A stretch of DNA of 57,073 nt, from contig CALJEL010000016.1 in assembly GCA_938074335.1 (NCBI GenBank), forward strand, positions 1 through 57,073, given 5' to 3'. This document shows, piece after piece, positions 38,977 through 48,520 of this stretch (position 1 is the stretch's first letter; each line of letters opens with the position of its first letter). The stretch comes from an uncultured bacterium (GTDB lineage: Bacteria > Nitrospirota > Thermodesulfovibrionia > Thermodesulfovibrionales > CALJEL01). Under the pieces are notes generated by a model, which was not told the DNA's origin, made no database searches, and saw nothing but the letters and a program-made list of their open reading frames with translations. The position numbers and the translations under genes are program-made.

Positions 38977-39129
38977 TCCAGCATCTCTTAATATAGTAAA
39001 ATTTTCCTTTATTGAGGAGGCAAGCCCGAGTCCTTCAGATGCTATTATATGAGCAGCTATATCAATAGTTGCCTCGACAGCCCTCTAGAGATTCAGGATA
39101 AATATGTCCTGAATGTCAATGTTATCAAT
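38977..39129 (-). pseudogene. Inverted internal fragment of HepT (DUF86)
   Basis: Minus strand reads IDNIDIQDIFILNL*RAVEATIDIAAHIIASEGLGLASSIKENFTILRDAG. Confidence 0.7.
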
Positions 39130-39138
39130 GCCTTCGGT

Positions 39139-39189
39139 GGCAACCCTTGCGGTTGCCCTCAAAAGGGTAGGGGCAAGCCCTACCCCTAC
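39139..39189. repeat. REP doublet (GGCAACCCTTGCGGTTGCCC ... GGGTAGGGGCAAGCCCTACCCCTAC)
   Basis: Two short palindromes ending in CTAC. Confidence 0.7.
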
Positions 39190-39213
39190 TTGCACCATAT
39201 TCCGTGAAGAGCC
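39186..39213 (-). mobile_element. ISL3-like terminal sequence (GGCTCTTCACGGAATATGGTGCAAGTAG)
   Basis: Identical 28 bp at 52650-52677; begins GGCTCT on the minus strand. Confidence 0.5.
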
Positions 39214-39217
39214 AAGT

Positions 39218-39622
39218 TTATATAGAGACAAGTGATTTAGCCTTTTGTAAAAAATCCTCTGCCATCTTTATAGCCTCTTCTGAGTCTTCTTTTATGAAAG
39301 GGATCTCTGGAAAATAATCTGCCTCTTCCCTCATCTTCATCAGTCTGCCAATGGCCTTGCCTATCTTAAGATCAAACTCTCCTGTCTTTATATAGTAAAG
39401 GCCAAACATCCTCTCAACGCCTTCGTGTGTTTTAGGATCTACACCTTTCAATAATAATAGGGCCTTTGCAGCGTGGTATATTGAGTAATAAGCTGAAACA
39501 ACACCCTTAAAATAAAAACCTTCTTTTTGCAATACCTGCGCTGCCTTTAATTCATCTTGAGCCCTCTCCATCTCATACCTTGCACGAAGCAGTGCCTCTT
39601 CCTTGTTTAATCTCTCGACCAT
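39218..39622 (-). CDS. HEPN domain protein
   Basis: AYYSIYHAAKALL, PKTHEG, REEADY motifs. Confidence 0.88.
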   Translation of the reverse strand: MVERLNKEEALLRARYEMERAQDELKAAQVLQKEGFYFKGVVSAYYSIYHAAKALLLLKGVDPKTHEGVERMFGLYYIKTGEFDLKIGKAIGRLMKMREEADYFPEIPFIKEDSEEAIKMAEDFLQKAKSLVSI

Positions 39623-39972
39623 AAGACAATCCCTTCCCCTGTAACATTTCTTAAAAAGCCTGTATTTCCAGTCCGAAGATCCAAACTGCTAAGAAAGATA
39701 ACAGAGACTGTGAGACTGTATTTCACTTCCAATTCAAATATTAAATCATAGATCTCAAATTTTAAAGCTCGGGGCAAGGTATAATCAGTAACAAATAGTA
39801 TGTCTATATCTGACCCTTCAATAAAATCCCTCCTTGCCTTTGAACCATAAAGCAGGATCTTGTTAATCATGGGATACAGGAGTGGTATTTTCTGGATGAT
39901 ATCATTCAGCAATTGCTGTTCAGGATAACTGAGATAGGCATATGGAGATATGTTTTCTACTATCCTTTCCAC
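39607..39972 (-). CDS. Minimal nucleotidyltransferase (MNT)
   Basis: LYGSKAR...SDIDIL; overlaps the HEPN gene. Confidence 0.85.
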   Translation of the reverse strand: MERIVENISPYAYLSYPEQQLLNDIIQKIPLLYPMINKILLYGSKARRDFIEGSDIDILFVTDYTLPRALKFEIYDLIFELEVKYSLTVSVIFLSSLDLRTGNTGFLRNVTGEGIVLWSRD

Positions 39973-40049
39973 AACATCATTATATCATAGAAAGATAGCA
40001 GCTATGTCTTCAATAAAACCGGAAGTCGACAAAACTTCACCCCTTTACA

Positions 40050-40880
40050 TCATTTCACCACAAGCACTGCACAATCAGAATGTCCTATCACCCTTTCTGC
40101 AACACTACCCATAAGGAGTTTTGATAGGCCTGTCCTTCCATGAGAGCCAACCACAATCAGGTCTGCATTGTGCTTCTTTGCAAATTCAATAATCGCCTCG
40201 TAGATCTTTTCATGAGGTTTGTTCCTGACATGCTCTGTCTCTATCTTAATGCCCTCTTTCTGGGAGTCTGCCTTTATCCTCAACAGGGCATCCTCTGATT
40301 CCTTAATCCTCTCTGGCGTGGCATCAGGTCTTGTAACAGCTATTGCATAGAGAGAGGCTCCTGTATCTCTTGCAATCTGGATAGCCTCTTCTGCTGCCTT
40401 CTCGCTGAACCTTGATGCATCAGTGGCAATAACCATGTTTTTAAACCTGATCTCTGCCTTTCTCGGCACCACAAGGACATTTACAGGTGAATGGCCTATA
40501 GTCCTTGCTGTTTGCGAACCCATCATAAGTCTCATAAGCCCTTTTCTTCCACGCCTTCCCATAGCAATAACATGGCATCCCTTCTTTGTTGCCTCATCAA
40601 TGATAAATCTATGGGGCTCCTCGCCTTCATGAATGATGAATTCTGTTTTCACACCCTCTTTTGCTGCCTTCTGCCTTAACTCCTCCAGATACCTCCGCAT
40701 CTTTTCCTCCATCCTTTCAAGGATATCAGGTGCAAGGGCAGTAAATTCGGGATTTGTCTCTATGACCGAGGTAATGTAAAGCTCTGCATTAAATCTCTTT
40801 GCAATGTTAATTGCTTCCCTCTCAGCACCAGCACTAAACTCCGAGCAATCTGTTGAAAGAAGTATCCTCTGTATCTTCAT
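40050..40880 (-). CDS. Tandem-domain universal stress protein
   Basis: Two USP domains with MGRRG..MGS and VGSHG..MGSV. Confidence 0.92.
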   Translation of the reverse strand: MKIQRILLSTDCSEFSAGAEREAINIAKRFNAELYITSVIETNPEFTALAPDILERMEEKMRRYLEELRQKAAKEGVKTEFIIHEGEEPHRFIIDEATKKGCHVIAMGRRGRKGLMRLMMGSQTARTIGHSPVNVLVVPRKAEIRFKNMVIATDASRFSEKAAEEAIQIARDTGASLYAIAVTRPDATPERIKESEDALLRIKADSQKEGIKIETEHVRNKPHEKIYEAIIEFAKKHNADLIVVGSHGRTGLSKLLMGSVAERVIGHSDCAVLVVK

Positions 40881-41296
40881 CAGTGACCTCCTGTCTTGAG
40901 GATGCCTGATGCAGCAAGCAGAAGCACCAGCACCTCAATTATTGCAATCACGCCATAAACCTTGTCTTTTTTTCTGAAGAATATGGGTATCACGGCAATA
41001 TAACATATTATTGTTATACCCGCAAGAAAGGCTATGCCGAGAAAATTCAGGAAATCCCCTTTATTAAGCAACCTCAGCCATGTCCAGCCCTGATGTATTC
41101 CTGTTTCTTCAAGATATTGATGGACAGAAAGTCCCCAGTATCTTGGAAGGTCATTCACAGGTATATAGGCAGGAAGTATTCCTGTAAGATAAATGATAAA
41201 GGTAACAATAAGGGCTAATAAACCGACCTTCATCCCGATGTCAAGTATATTTGCATATCTTAATTGTTCCTCTGTTGCCTTAATTTCTTTAGCCAT
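40880..41296 (-). CDS. DUF1634-like membrane protein
   Basis: EQLRYANIL, GW.W, GDFLNFLGI, LLAASG; follows a TSUP gene. Confidence 0.75.
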   Translation of the reverse strand: MAKEIKATEEQLRYANILDIGMKVGLLALIVTFIIYLTGILPAYIPVNDLPRYWGLSVHQYLEETGIHQGWTWLRLLNKGDFLNFLGIAFLAGITIICYIAVIPIFFRKKDKVYGVIAIIEVLVLLLAASGILKTGGH

Positions 41297-41306
41297 CTTG
41301 TCCTCC

Positions 41307-42275
41307 TTATTTCCATATCTCCAGTCCCTTGAGCAATGCTCTGAGACCTGAGAATAAAAGAAGTGCGATAACTATATACTTAATTGCAGCAGGCTTTGTC
41401 CTTGCAAGTATCTTCACGCCAACAATTGAGCCAAGCATTATGCCGATTATTGAAGGCACAACCATTATTGGAAGAACCGCACCATTATTTACATAAATCC
41501 AGGCTGCAGATGTATCTGTTATTGAAAGCAGAAATTTGCTTGTTGCCACAGATACCTTTAACGGTGCACCCATGAGGAGATTCAGAACTGGCACATTTGC
41601 CCATCCAGCTCCGAGTCCGAACATGCCTGCCATAATACCGATAATGACGAATAAAGCAAGACCCTGTGGTGTCCTGTGTATCTTCCAGTTGACCTCCTGG
41701 CCTGTTGATGCCTCATAATAAATGCCATTTATTCTCAGGGCTGTTGAAAGCGCATCTGCCTTTGGCACCTCAGGAAATTCTGACTTTTTTGCAAGAAGCA
41801 TTATGGCAACTATCCCAAGTATCGTGAGGCCGAGGGCAATATTGACCACATTCTTTGGAAGGGCAAGGCCTATCATTGCACCAACTATAGCACTTGAGGA
41901 GGCTATTAAGGCTACAGGAAGGGCAAGTCTCAGATCTGCCATACCCCTTTTAAGAAGCCCTGGACCTGCAGCCAGTGCACCAGAGAGTGCAACAAGAAGA
42001 CCTGCACCCCTTACAAAGTCAAGATTAAAAGGGAAGAACCCACCTATAATAGGGACAAAAAGAACACCACCACCTACTCCACCAAGGACGGCAACTATTC
42101 CAAGGATAAAGGTAACAATAAAAAGACTCAGTGGCCATATCCACCAGGGAGTTGCAGAACCTGAGTTCTGAACAGGCTCTGAGACCTCTGATGTGAGAGC
42201 TATATCCGCAACAAGAAGGATATTTAACAGAAATAGCATAAACCATAAGCCCTTGAGAATCCTGCGAATATCCAT
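41307..42275 (-). CDS. TSUP (TauE/SafE) family transporter
   Basis: GVGGGVLFVP, GLGAGWANVP, VATSKF motifs. Confidence 0.88.
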   Translation of the reverse strand: MDIRRILKGLWFMLFLLNILLVADIALTSEVSEPVQNSGSATPWWIWPLSLFIVTFILGIVAVLGGVGGGVLFVPIIGGFFPFNLDFVRGAGLLVALSGALAAGPGLLKRGMADLRLALPVALIASSSAIVGAMIGLALPKNVVNIALGLTILGIVAIMLLAKKSEFPEVPKADALSTALRINGIYYEASTGQEVNWKIHRTPQGLALFVIIGIMAGMFGLGAGWANVPVLNLLMGAPLKVSVATSKFLLSITDTSAAWIYVNNGAVLPIMVVPSIIGIMLGSIVGVKILARTKPAAIKYIVIALLLFSGLRALLKGLEIWK

Positions 42276-42475
42276 TATGTTTCCTCCTCAATATTACAAT
42301 TTTCAATAGAGAGTTTAATTTTAAAACAAAATAATATAGCACAATGGCATACCCTCTGCATAAAAAAATTTTTAATAGGCATATAAGAAAAGTTATTCAC
42401 CACTGGAGGTATAATTGGTGAAGGGGGATATTATTTATGTCGAGTTGCTCAAAAATACTCTACAAAAATAAATAA

Positions 42476-43429
42476 TTATCCAAGCAAGAAATCAAGGTCT
42501 TTACGGGTCAGTTGAACACCCCTTGCTGAGCTCTTTACATTAAGGATGGCGTTGTATAGTGCCTGTTTTCTTTCCTTGAGCTTCATCTTCTCTTCAATGG
42601 TATGCCTCATAAGGAATCTCGTTACTATAACTGTTCTTGCCTGTCCTATCCTGTGGGTCCTGTCTGTTGCCTGTGCCTCAACTGCTGGATTCCACCATGG
42701 GTCAAGGTGAAAGACATAGGATGCCCTCGTAAGGTTAAGCCCCTGTCCTCCTGCCTTAAGGCTCAAGAGAAATACTGTTGAAGAGGCTGATTCCTGAAAT
42801 CTTTTAAAGATCTCCTTTCTCTTCTGAACAGGGGTTGAACCATCAAGCCTTACAAATGGAATATCTGCCTTCTTAATATGCCTTTCCACAATATCGAGAA
42901 AGGATGTGAACTGTGAAAATACAAGGGCAGAGTGTCCCTCATCAAGGAGTTCCTGTAATTGTTCTAATAGAACCTCAATCTTTGGTGTCTCCTCTGGTAG
43001 ATCCTTAGACAGAAGCCTGGGACATAGACAGATCTGTCTTAACTTAAGAAGGGCGATTAGTGCCACGATCTTTGCCCTCTCTGGTCTCATTATCTTATAT
43101 GCCTCGTCAATCTCTGCCCTGACCTCTTTAACTGTCCTCTCATATATCCCCTTCTGCACAGGTGTAAGTTCAAGGAATATCTCTGTCTCTATCTTTGGTG
43201 GTAATTCCTTGAGAATCTCCTCTTTTGTCCTCCTACTAAGAATCCTTAATACAAATGGAGTTGTTCTTTTGATGATGGTATTGACAGTCTCCTCATCATA
43301 AGACTTTATATAGCGCCTGAAGTCCCTGTAATCTCCAAGAAGTCCTGGAAGGGTAAGATCAATGATTGAATAGTATTCACCGAGGTGATTCTCTATTGGA
43401 GTGCCTGTCAGGGCGATCTTAAAGATACC
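42476..43429 (-). pseudogene. 5'-truncated SNF2-family helicase
   Basis: Open frame begins just before LTGTPIEN and has LRQIC, VFSQF, AGGQGLNL, DPWWNP, DRTHRIGQ; motifs I/II and a start codon are missing. Confidence 0.8.
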
Positions 43430-43483
43430 TCAGAAATCATTTTTGAAATTTTAAAACTTACGGAGCTTTAAAATCAAGGGCGA

Positions 43484-44338
43484 TTAAAACCTTCTGAATA
43501 TCCTGTAAACTGCTGAAAAATCCTCTGACTCAATCCCCTCAGAAAAGGTCATACCAAAGATCTCCTTTGCAAGGCTTCCTGTAAAAAGGGGTCTCTTCAT
43601 TGTTCTTGCAAGGTCCTGAAGATAGTGGAGGTCTTTATAGATAAGTGCAGATGAAAAATGGGTTGAAAAGTCCTCTTTAATAAGCTTTTCCTTTTTTGCA
43701 TTAAGAACCATTGAGTTCCCTGCACCTGCAAGCAATATCTCTATGACCCTCCCCTTATCAAGACCTGCATCCTCACCGAAGGCAATTGCCTCTGCCAGGG
43801 TGGCCATGAATGAGCCAAGGACGAGGTTGTTAATCAATTTCATCTTTGTGGCAAGCTGAGGGATCTTTAGATAAAAGATATTTCTGCCTATCTTCTCTAT
43901 AAAGGGTTTTGCCTTTTCAAAGGCCTTCTCCTCTCCACTGACAAGTACTGTAAGCATGCCCTGAGAGGCAGGTATAATGCTGCCGAGCACAGGTGCCTCA
44001 AGATAACTGGCATTCCTTTTACTCATTGCCTCATAAAATTCATTTACCCTTTCAAAGTGATTTGTTGTTGTATCAATAATGACCTTTCCATTGCAGTCTC
44101 CCTCAATAAGACCACCTTTTCCTTTAATAACAGAACTCACAGCATCACTATCAAAGAGATTTAAGAATACTATATCTGTCTGTGAGATTAAGTCAGCAGG
44201 ATTCTCTGCTACAGGACAATCCAATGCCTTTGCCTTCTCAATGGTCCTGTTCCAGACAGTAAGGTTCACACCCTCTGCAAGCAGCCTCTTTGCCATGGTC
44301 GTCCCGAGATTACCAAGACCTATAAAACCAATCCTCAT
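43484..44338 (-). CDS. NAD(P)-dependent oxidoreductase, beta-hydroxyacid dehydrogenase family
   Basis: GFIGLGNLG, WNRT, EAPVLGS, KLINN, KDL motifs. Confidence 0.9.
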   Translation of the reverse strand: MRIGFIGLGNLGTTMAKRLLAEGVNLTVWNRTIEKAKALDCPVAENPADLISQTDIVFLNLFDSDAVSSVIKGKGGLIEGDCNGKVIIDTTTNHFERVNEFYEAMSKRNASYLEAPVLGSIIPASQGMLTVLVSGEEKAFEKAKPFIEKIGRNIFYLKIPQLATKMKLINNLVLGSFMATLAEAIAFGEDAGLDKGRVIEILLAGAGNSMVLNAKKEKLIKEDFSTHFSSALIYKDLHYLQDLARTMKRPLFTGSLAKEIFGMTFSEGIESEDFSAVYRIFRRF

Positions 44339-44452
44339 AAATTCTCCTTTTTATCAAAGCCTTGCTCATAATAGATATTTAGAGGGACGTCCTTTGTGGC
44401 GATTTTTTAAAAGTTTCAATGCCTGCATTGTATATTATACACCTATTCTCAC

Positions 44453-44584
44453 TTATCTTTCTTTGCCGCATGTTTTGGAATCACATCCTGGGCAGTGCCC
44501 CTTTTTCTTCCATACGGAGCGATATAAGAGATACACCGCTCCAGAGATAATCCCAGCCATCAATAAAATATCAAAAAATCCCAT
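44453..44584 (-). CDS. FeoB-associated Cys-rich membrane protein
   Basis: 43 aa, one TM helix then CPGCDSKTC; directly after feoB; GGAGG SD. Confidence 0.75.
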   Translation of the reverse strand: MGFFDILLMAGIISGAVYLLYRSVWKKKGHCPGCDSKTCGKER

Positions 44585-44598
44585 TTTTACCTCCTCAA

Positions 44599-46833
44599 TT
44601 ATCCCAATCCGATTATTTTCCCGCCCTGATAAATCATGAATGCCACAATCCATGCCAGCGCCATCTGATATACAAAGGCGATTCCATACCACTTCCATGT
44701 TCCAAACTCCTGCCTCAATGCAATTGCAGCCACTACGCAGGGCATGTAAAGCAATACAAAAGACATAAATGCATAGGCAGTAAGGGGAGTAAACTGTTTT
44801 CTAATCACATTTCTTAGAGATTCTCTTTCCTCTTTCATTTCAGGAGATTCCTCGCTGCTAAGGCTTGCTATCCCAAAGGTAGAGAATATGTTCGCAATAG
44901 AATCTTTAGCGGCGCTCACGAGGGATGTTCCAATTTCTTTCAGGTCCTCTGTAAGGGAAGGTTTTTCTTCTTTCTTATCCTCTAACTTTGGGACATATAT
45001 CTCTCCCATTGTTCCTACAACTATCTCTTTAGCAATAAGCCCTGCAACAAGGGACGAAGCTGCTTCCCATTTGCCGAAGCCGAGAGGCTCAAGGACCGGT
45101 GCTATAACCTGTCCCATTTTTCCGAGATAGGAATCCCTTTTATTTTCAACTCCCCATGGTAGATTTAAAAGGAACCAGACAATAATGGAGACAGCAAGGA
45201 TATATGTTCCTGCCTTAATAAGAAAGTGCTTGCCCTTTTCCCATGTGTGTATCATAAGGCTCCTGAAATAAGGCATCCTGTATGGGGGGAGTTCCATTAT
45301 GAACACGGGGGCTTCACCTTTGAAAAGGGTCTTTTTAAAGATGACACCCATCAAGATCGCCAACGATATGCCCATAACATAGAGCGACCAGATCACCGTT
45401 CCCGCATTGTGCGGAAAAAAGGCTCCTACGAAAACCACATATACAGGGAGTCTGGCACCGCAAGACATAAGGGGTATGAGGAGGGCTGTAAGGGCCTTAT
45501 CCCTCGGATTTTCAAGAACCCTCGTGGCGTAGATGGCAGGCACATTGCAGCCGAAGCCTAAGAGCATGGGTATAAAGGATTTTCCATGAAGACCTATGGC
45601 ATGCATCAACCTGTCCATAACAAAGGCGGCCCTTGCCATATACCCACTTCCTTCGAGGAAAGTGATGAAGAACATCATGGCAAAAATCACAGGGACAAAC
45701 ACAATGACAAACCCAACCCCTGCGATTATTCCGTCAGTTGCAAGCGAGACCGTCCATTCAGGTGCATGTATAAATCCGAGTATAGTCTCAGCCCATCTTT
45801 TAAATGGCCCAGTTATCATGGCATCCAACCAGTCTGCAAAAGGTCCGGATACATCAAAAGTTAACTTGAATACAAGCCACATGGCAGCAAGAAAAATAGG
45901 TATGCCAAAAAACCTGTTCAGGACTATCCTGTCTATTTTTTCGGTCATCTCAATCTTTCTCGTCTCGGGTTTTTTCAGCACCTCATGCGTAAGTCCCGAA
46001 GCCTGAGCATAACGCTCATCTGCCATCAGGGATTCTATATCATCGCCGTGAGATCTTTTCAGATGCTCCCTGATATCCTTGATAAATGTTTCGTTCTCCG
46101 AAAGATTTATCTCTTGCAGTACATGCTGATCGCCTTCTAAAAGCTTAAAGGAAAACCATCTTAGGGGATACTTTTCTGCAAGATGAGGATAAGTGGTTTT
46201 AATATAACTTTCCACAGAAGCCGCAGCTAATTCAAAATCTTCCTCATAATGCAATCTTTTTGGAATATGGATTGCTGGATTATCCACGATTTCGGTTATT
46301 GCCTTTAATAGCTCTTTGAGTCCTGATTTTTTAGTTGCTATCGTCGGTATCACCCTGACCCCGAGCATCTTCTCCATTGCCTTTATGTCTATCTTATAAC
46401 CCTTTTTCATCGCCTCGTCGTAGATATTAAGAGCTATGACCACTGGAATGCCGAGTTCAAGCAGTTGAATTGTAAGGTAAAGATTCCTTTCAAGATTCGT
46501 GGCATCAACAACATCTATAATAACATCCGGCTTTTCATGGACGAGATAATCCCTTGCGATTATCTCCTCCTGTGTATAAGGGCTCAGGCTGTATGTGCCC
46601 GGAAGGTCTACAAGCTTTATCTTTCTGCCTTCATATTCAAATACTGCTGTCTTTTTTTCTACAGTGACTCCAGGCCAGTTGCCCACTTGAAGCCTCGTTC
46701 CAGCTATGGCGTTTATCAGAGTAGATTTTCCTGAATTCGGATTTCCAGCAACAGCAACGATGATTGCCTTTTTCCTAACAGGATTTTCACCTTCATTTAA
46801 TTTTAAACTTTGAATTTTTAACTCTAAACTCAT
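44599..46833 (-). CDS. feoB: Ferrous iron transporter B
   Basis: GNPNSGKS, NWPGVTVE, DLPG, LGFGCNVP, MSCGARL, ELPPY, LYMPC motifs. Confidence 0.97.
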   Translation of the reverse strand: MSLELKIQSLKLNEGENPVRKKAIIVAVAGNPNSGKSTLINAIAGTRLQVGNWPGVTVEKKTAVFEYEGRKIKLVDLPGTYSLSPYTQEEIIARDYLVHEKPDVIIDVVDATNLERNLYLTIQLLELGIPVVIALNIYDEAMKKGYKIDIKAMEKMLGVRVIPTIATKKSGLKELLKAITEIVDNPAIHIPKRLHYEEDFELAAASVESYIKTTYPHLAEKYPLRWFSFKLLEGDQHVLQEINLSENETFIKDIREHLKRSHGDDIESLMADERYAQASGLTHEVLKKPETRKIEMTEKIDRIVLNRFFGIPIFLAAMWLVFKLTFDVSGPFADWLDAMITGPFKRWAETILGFIHAPEWTVSLATDGIIAGVGFVIVFVPVIFAMMFFITFLEGSGYMARAAFVMDRLMHAIGLHGKSFIPMLLGFGCNVPAIYATRVLENPRDKALTALLIPLMSCGARLPVYVVFVGAFFPHNAGTVIWSLYVMGISLAILMGVIFKKTLFKGEAPVFIMELPPYRMPYFRSLMIHTWEKGKHFLIKAGTYILAVSIIVWFLLNLPWGVENKRDSYLGKMGQVIAPVLEPLGFGKWEAASSLVAGLIAKEIVVGTMGEIYVPKLEDKKEEKPSLTEDLKEIGTSLVSAAKDSIANIFSTFGIASLSSEESPEMKEERESLRNVIRKQFTPLTAYAFMSFVLLYMPCVVAAIALRQEFGTWKWYGIAFVYQMALAWIVAFMIYQGGKIIGLG

Positions 46834-47057
46834 TTCACCACCTCCACCTCTATACCTTCAGCCTCTTTTTTCCTCAGAGAGAGGTTATAGTTCTTAATTG
46901 TCACCTCAATCGGGTCACCCAATGGAGCTACCTTTTCGACCTTCACAATTTCTCCTACGAGAACGCCCATGTCCATAAGTCTCCTCTTCAATGGGCCTAT
47001 AGCACTTATAGAAGTAATCTTCCCGGCCTCTCCGGGTTTAAGCATTGATAGATTCAT
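46830..47057 (-). CDS. feoA: Ferrous iron transport protein A
   Basis: RRLMDMG, APLGDPI, LSLRKKEA. Confidence 0.93.
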   Translation of the reverse strand: MNLSMLKPGEAGKITSISAIGPLKRRLMDMGVLVGEIVKVEKVAPLGDPIEVTIKNYNLSLRKKEAEGIEVEVVK

Positions 47058-47308
47058 TTTTCTATCCTCCTCACCATTATCTTCATTGCTATCCCTCTGC
47101 CCAAGGCAATGCGGGACTCATCAACCTTGACGAGGACAGAGCCCCGTCCGGCATTATTCAGCATCTCAACTGTTTTGCCGATATGAAGCCCTATGTTATA
47201 AACATAGCAAAGCAGATCTTTGCCTTTTCCGTGGTAATAGCCTTTTTGTGCCTTTATATCCACAATCTCTGCCTTCTCTCCTTTCGATAAAAGTCCGAGC
47301 GGAACCAT
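47054..47308 (-). CDS. feoA: Ferrous iron transport protein A (second copy)
   Basis: LVKVDESRIALGRGIAMKIMV; ATG 47308 behind GGAGG. Confidence 0.85.
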   Translation of the reverse strand: MVPLGLLSKGEKAEIVDIKAQKGYYHGKGKDLLCYVYNIGLHIGKTVEMLNNAGRGSVLVKVDESRIALGRGIAMKIMVRRIEK

Positions 47309-47318
47309 GACGCACCTC

Positions 47319-48136
47319 CTAAAATTTAAATGCCATTCCGACAAGGAATGTTAAATCATTTTCAGGCTTGTTAAGCCCGCCTTTAACGCCGAAATCAACT
47401 GCCATGTTATCAGTTATAGAATAAATCAGGCCGCCGAGTATAAAGGCGGGATGAGTATTTGATGTCTTATCCTGATTCCTCTCAACCCCCACATTGGCGA
47501 CTGCCTTGAGGTCTTTAATAACCTCAATCTCAGAAGCAACGGAAACATGCCATATGCCCTTTCTGTTTGCGTTTTTATCTGCTTGAAGCTTGTATTCGTT
47601 GTTCCTGTAGCCCAAATTGAAATGAAACGTAAAAGGCGTTATCTCTTTGGTTGCGATGAAAACAAGACCATATGATACTTTTCCGTTGCCGAGTCCTTTG
47701 TTTTCATCTCCTGTCGGCAGTGTGATTCCGGGTTTTAACGCAAGGCTTAAGCCGTTTTTTTTTCAAAGAACCTCCCTTTGACCTCTAATGACATATCGGA
47801 TATGCCGTCTCCTTGCTCTGTCGCATCAGATGTGACAGCCCCGTCTATCCTTGTTTTTTTCCACTGGTACGGCAGACCGAGGACAAAATCCACATTATCT
47901 GTTATGCCGTAAGATATTATGGTTGCCAGTTCACCACCTGTCTCTTTCTTTGTTTCCCATTTTGCCTCATCTGTGTTGTACTGCTGCTCTTTTTCCTTCA
48001 TGAATTCGCTGTTAACTTCTATCTGAATTTTTCCCTTTCCCTGTGTGCCTGTATCATCCGTGATTAACGGATGGGCTGCGAATGCCGCGCTATAGGAAAT
48101 CAGCACAGCAAGCATAATTAAAACCTTTTTAAACAT
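47319..48136 (-). pseudogene. Outer-membrane beta-barrel transporter, frameshifted at an A9 tract
   Basis: AHPLITDDTGTQG N-terminus; frame resumes as NGLSLALKPGITLPTGD...; C-terminal Phe; tract at 47755-47763. Confidence 0.75.
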
Positions 48137-48434
48137 TCTTTCCTCCTCCTTTTGTTTTTTTAAGACAACTCAAACAATCCCTTAGCGTGCATATGCCGCA
48201 TGAGTGATACATGAAAACCGGGATATTCTTTGCTTTAGCTATGTTCATCACCTCCTTTTTTAATTGATGCGATACTTTATTTGTGAAAATCACCACGGCG
48301 TCTACATTTCTGACCTTTGAAGCGATGCCTATTTCTGATTTGGTATAAACCTTAAGGTCTATGCCCATTTTTTCGGCTTCGTTGATATAGTTTCTTTCGA
48401 GCCTGTCCATCCCACCTACTAATGCTACACGCAT
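48129..48434 (-). CDS. DUF2325 family protein
   Basis: ALVGGMDRL, DAVVIFTNKVSH motifs; feo context. Confidence 0.8.
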   Translation of the reverse strand: MRVALVGGMDRLERNYINEAEKMGIDLKVYTKSEIGIASKVRNVDAVVIFTNKVSHQLKKEVMNIAKAKNIPVFMYHSCGICTLRDCLSCLKKTKGGGKNV

Positions 48435-48448
48435 AAAATCTCTCCAAT

Positions 48449-48467
48449 GATAATGATAATAAATATC
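48449..48467. promoter_or_regulatory. Fur box
   Basis: GATAATGATAATAAATATC, 17/19 match to the consensus GATAATGATAATCATTATC. Confidence 0.8.
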
Positions 48468-48481
48468 AATTAATGGAATTA

Positions 48482-48512
48482 CAAAAGGGGCAAGGGTTAT
48501 CCCTCTTGCCCC
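48482..48512 (-). terminator. Intrinsic terminator-like hairpin after the cytochrome gene
   Basis: GGGGCAAG...CTTGCCCC stem followed by TTTT on the minus strand. Confidence 0.6.
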
Positions 48513-48520
48513 ATCAAAAA

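Noticed and set aside
42345-42360. Well-spaced sigma54 motif TGGCATACCCTCTGCA
   Set aside because: It is on the plus strand, pointing away from the TSUP gene toward no sense ORF
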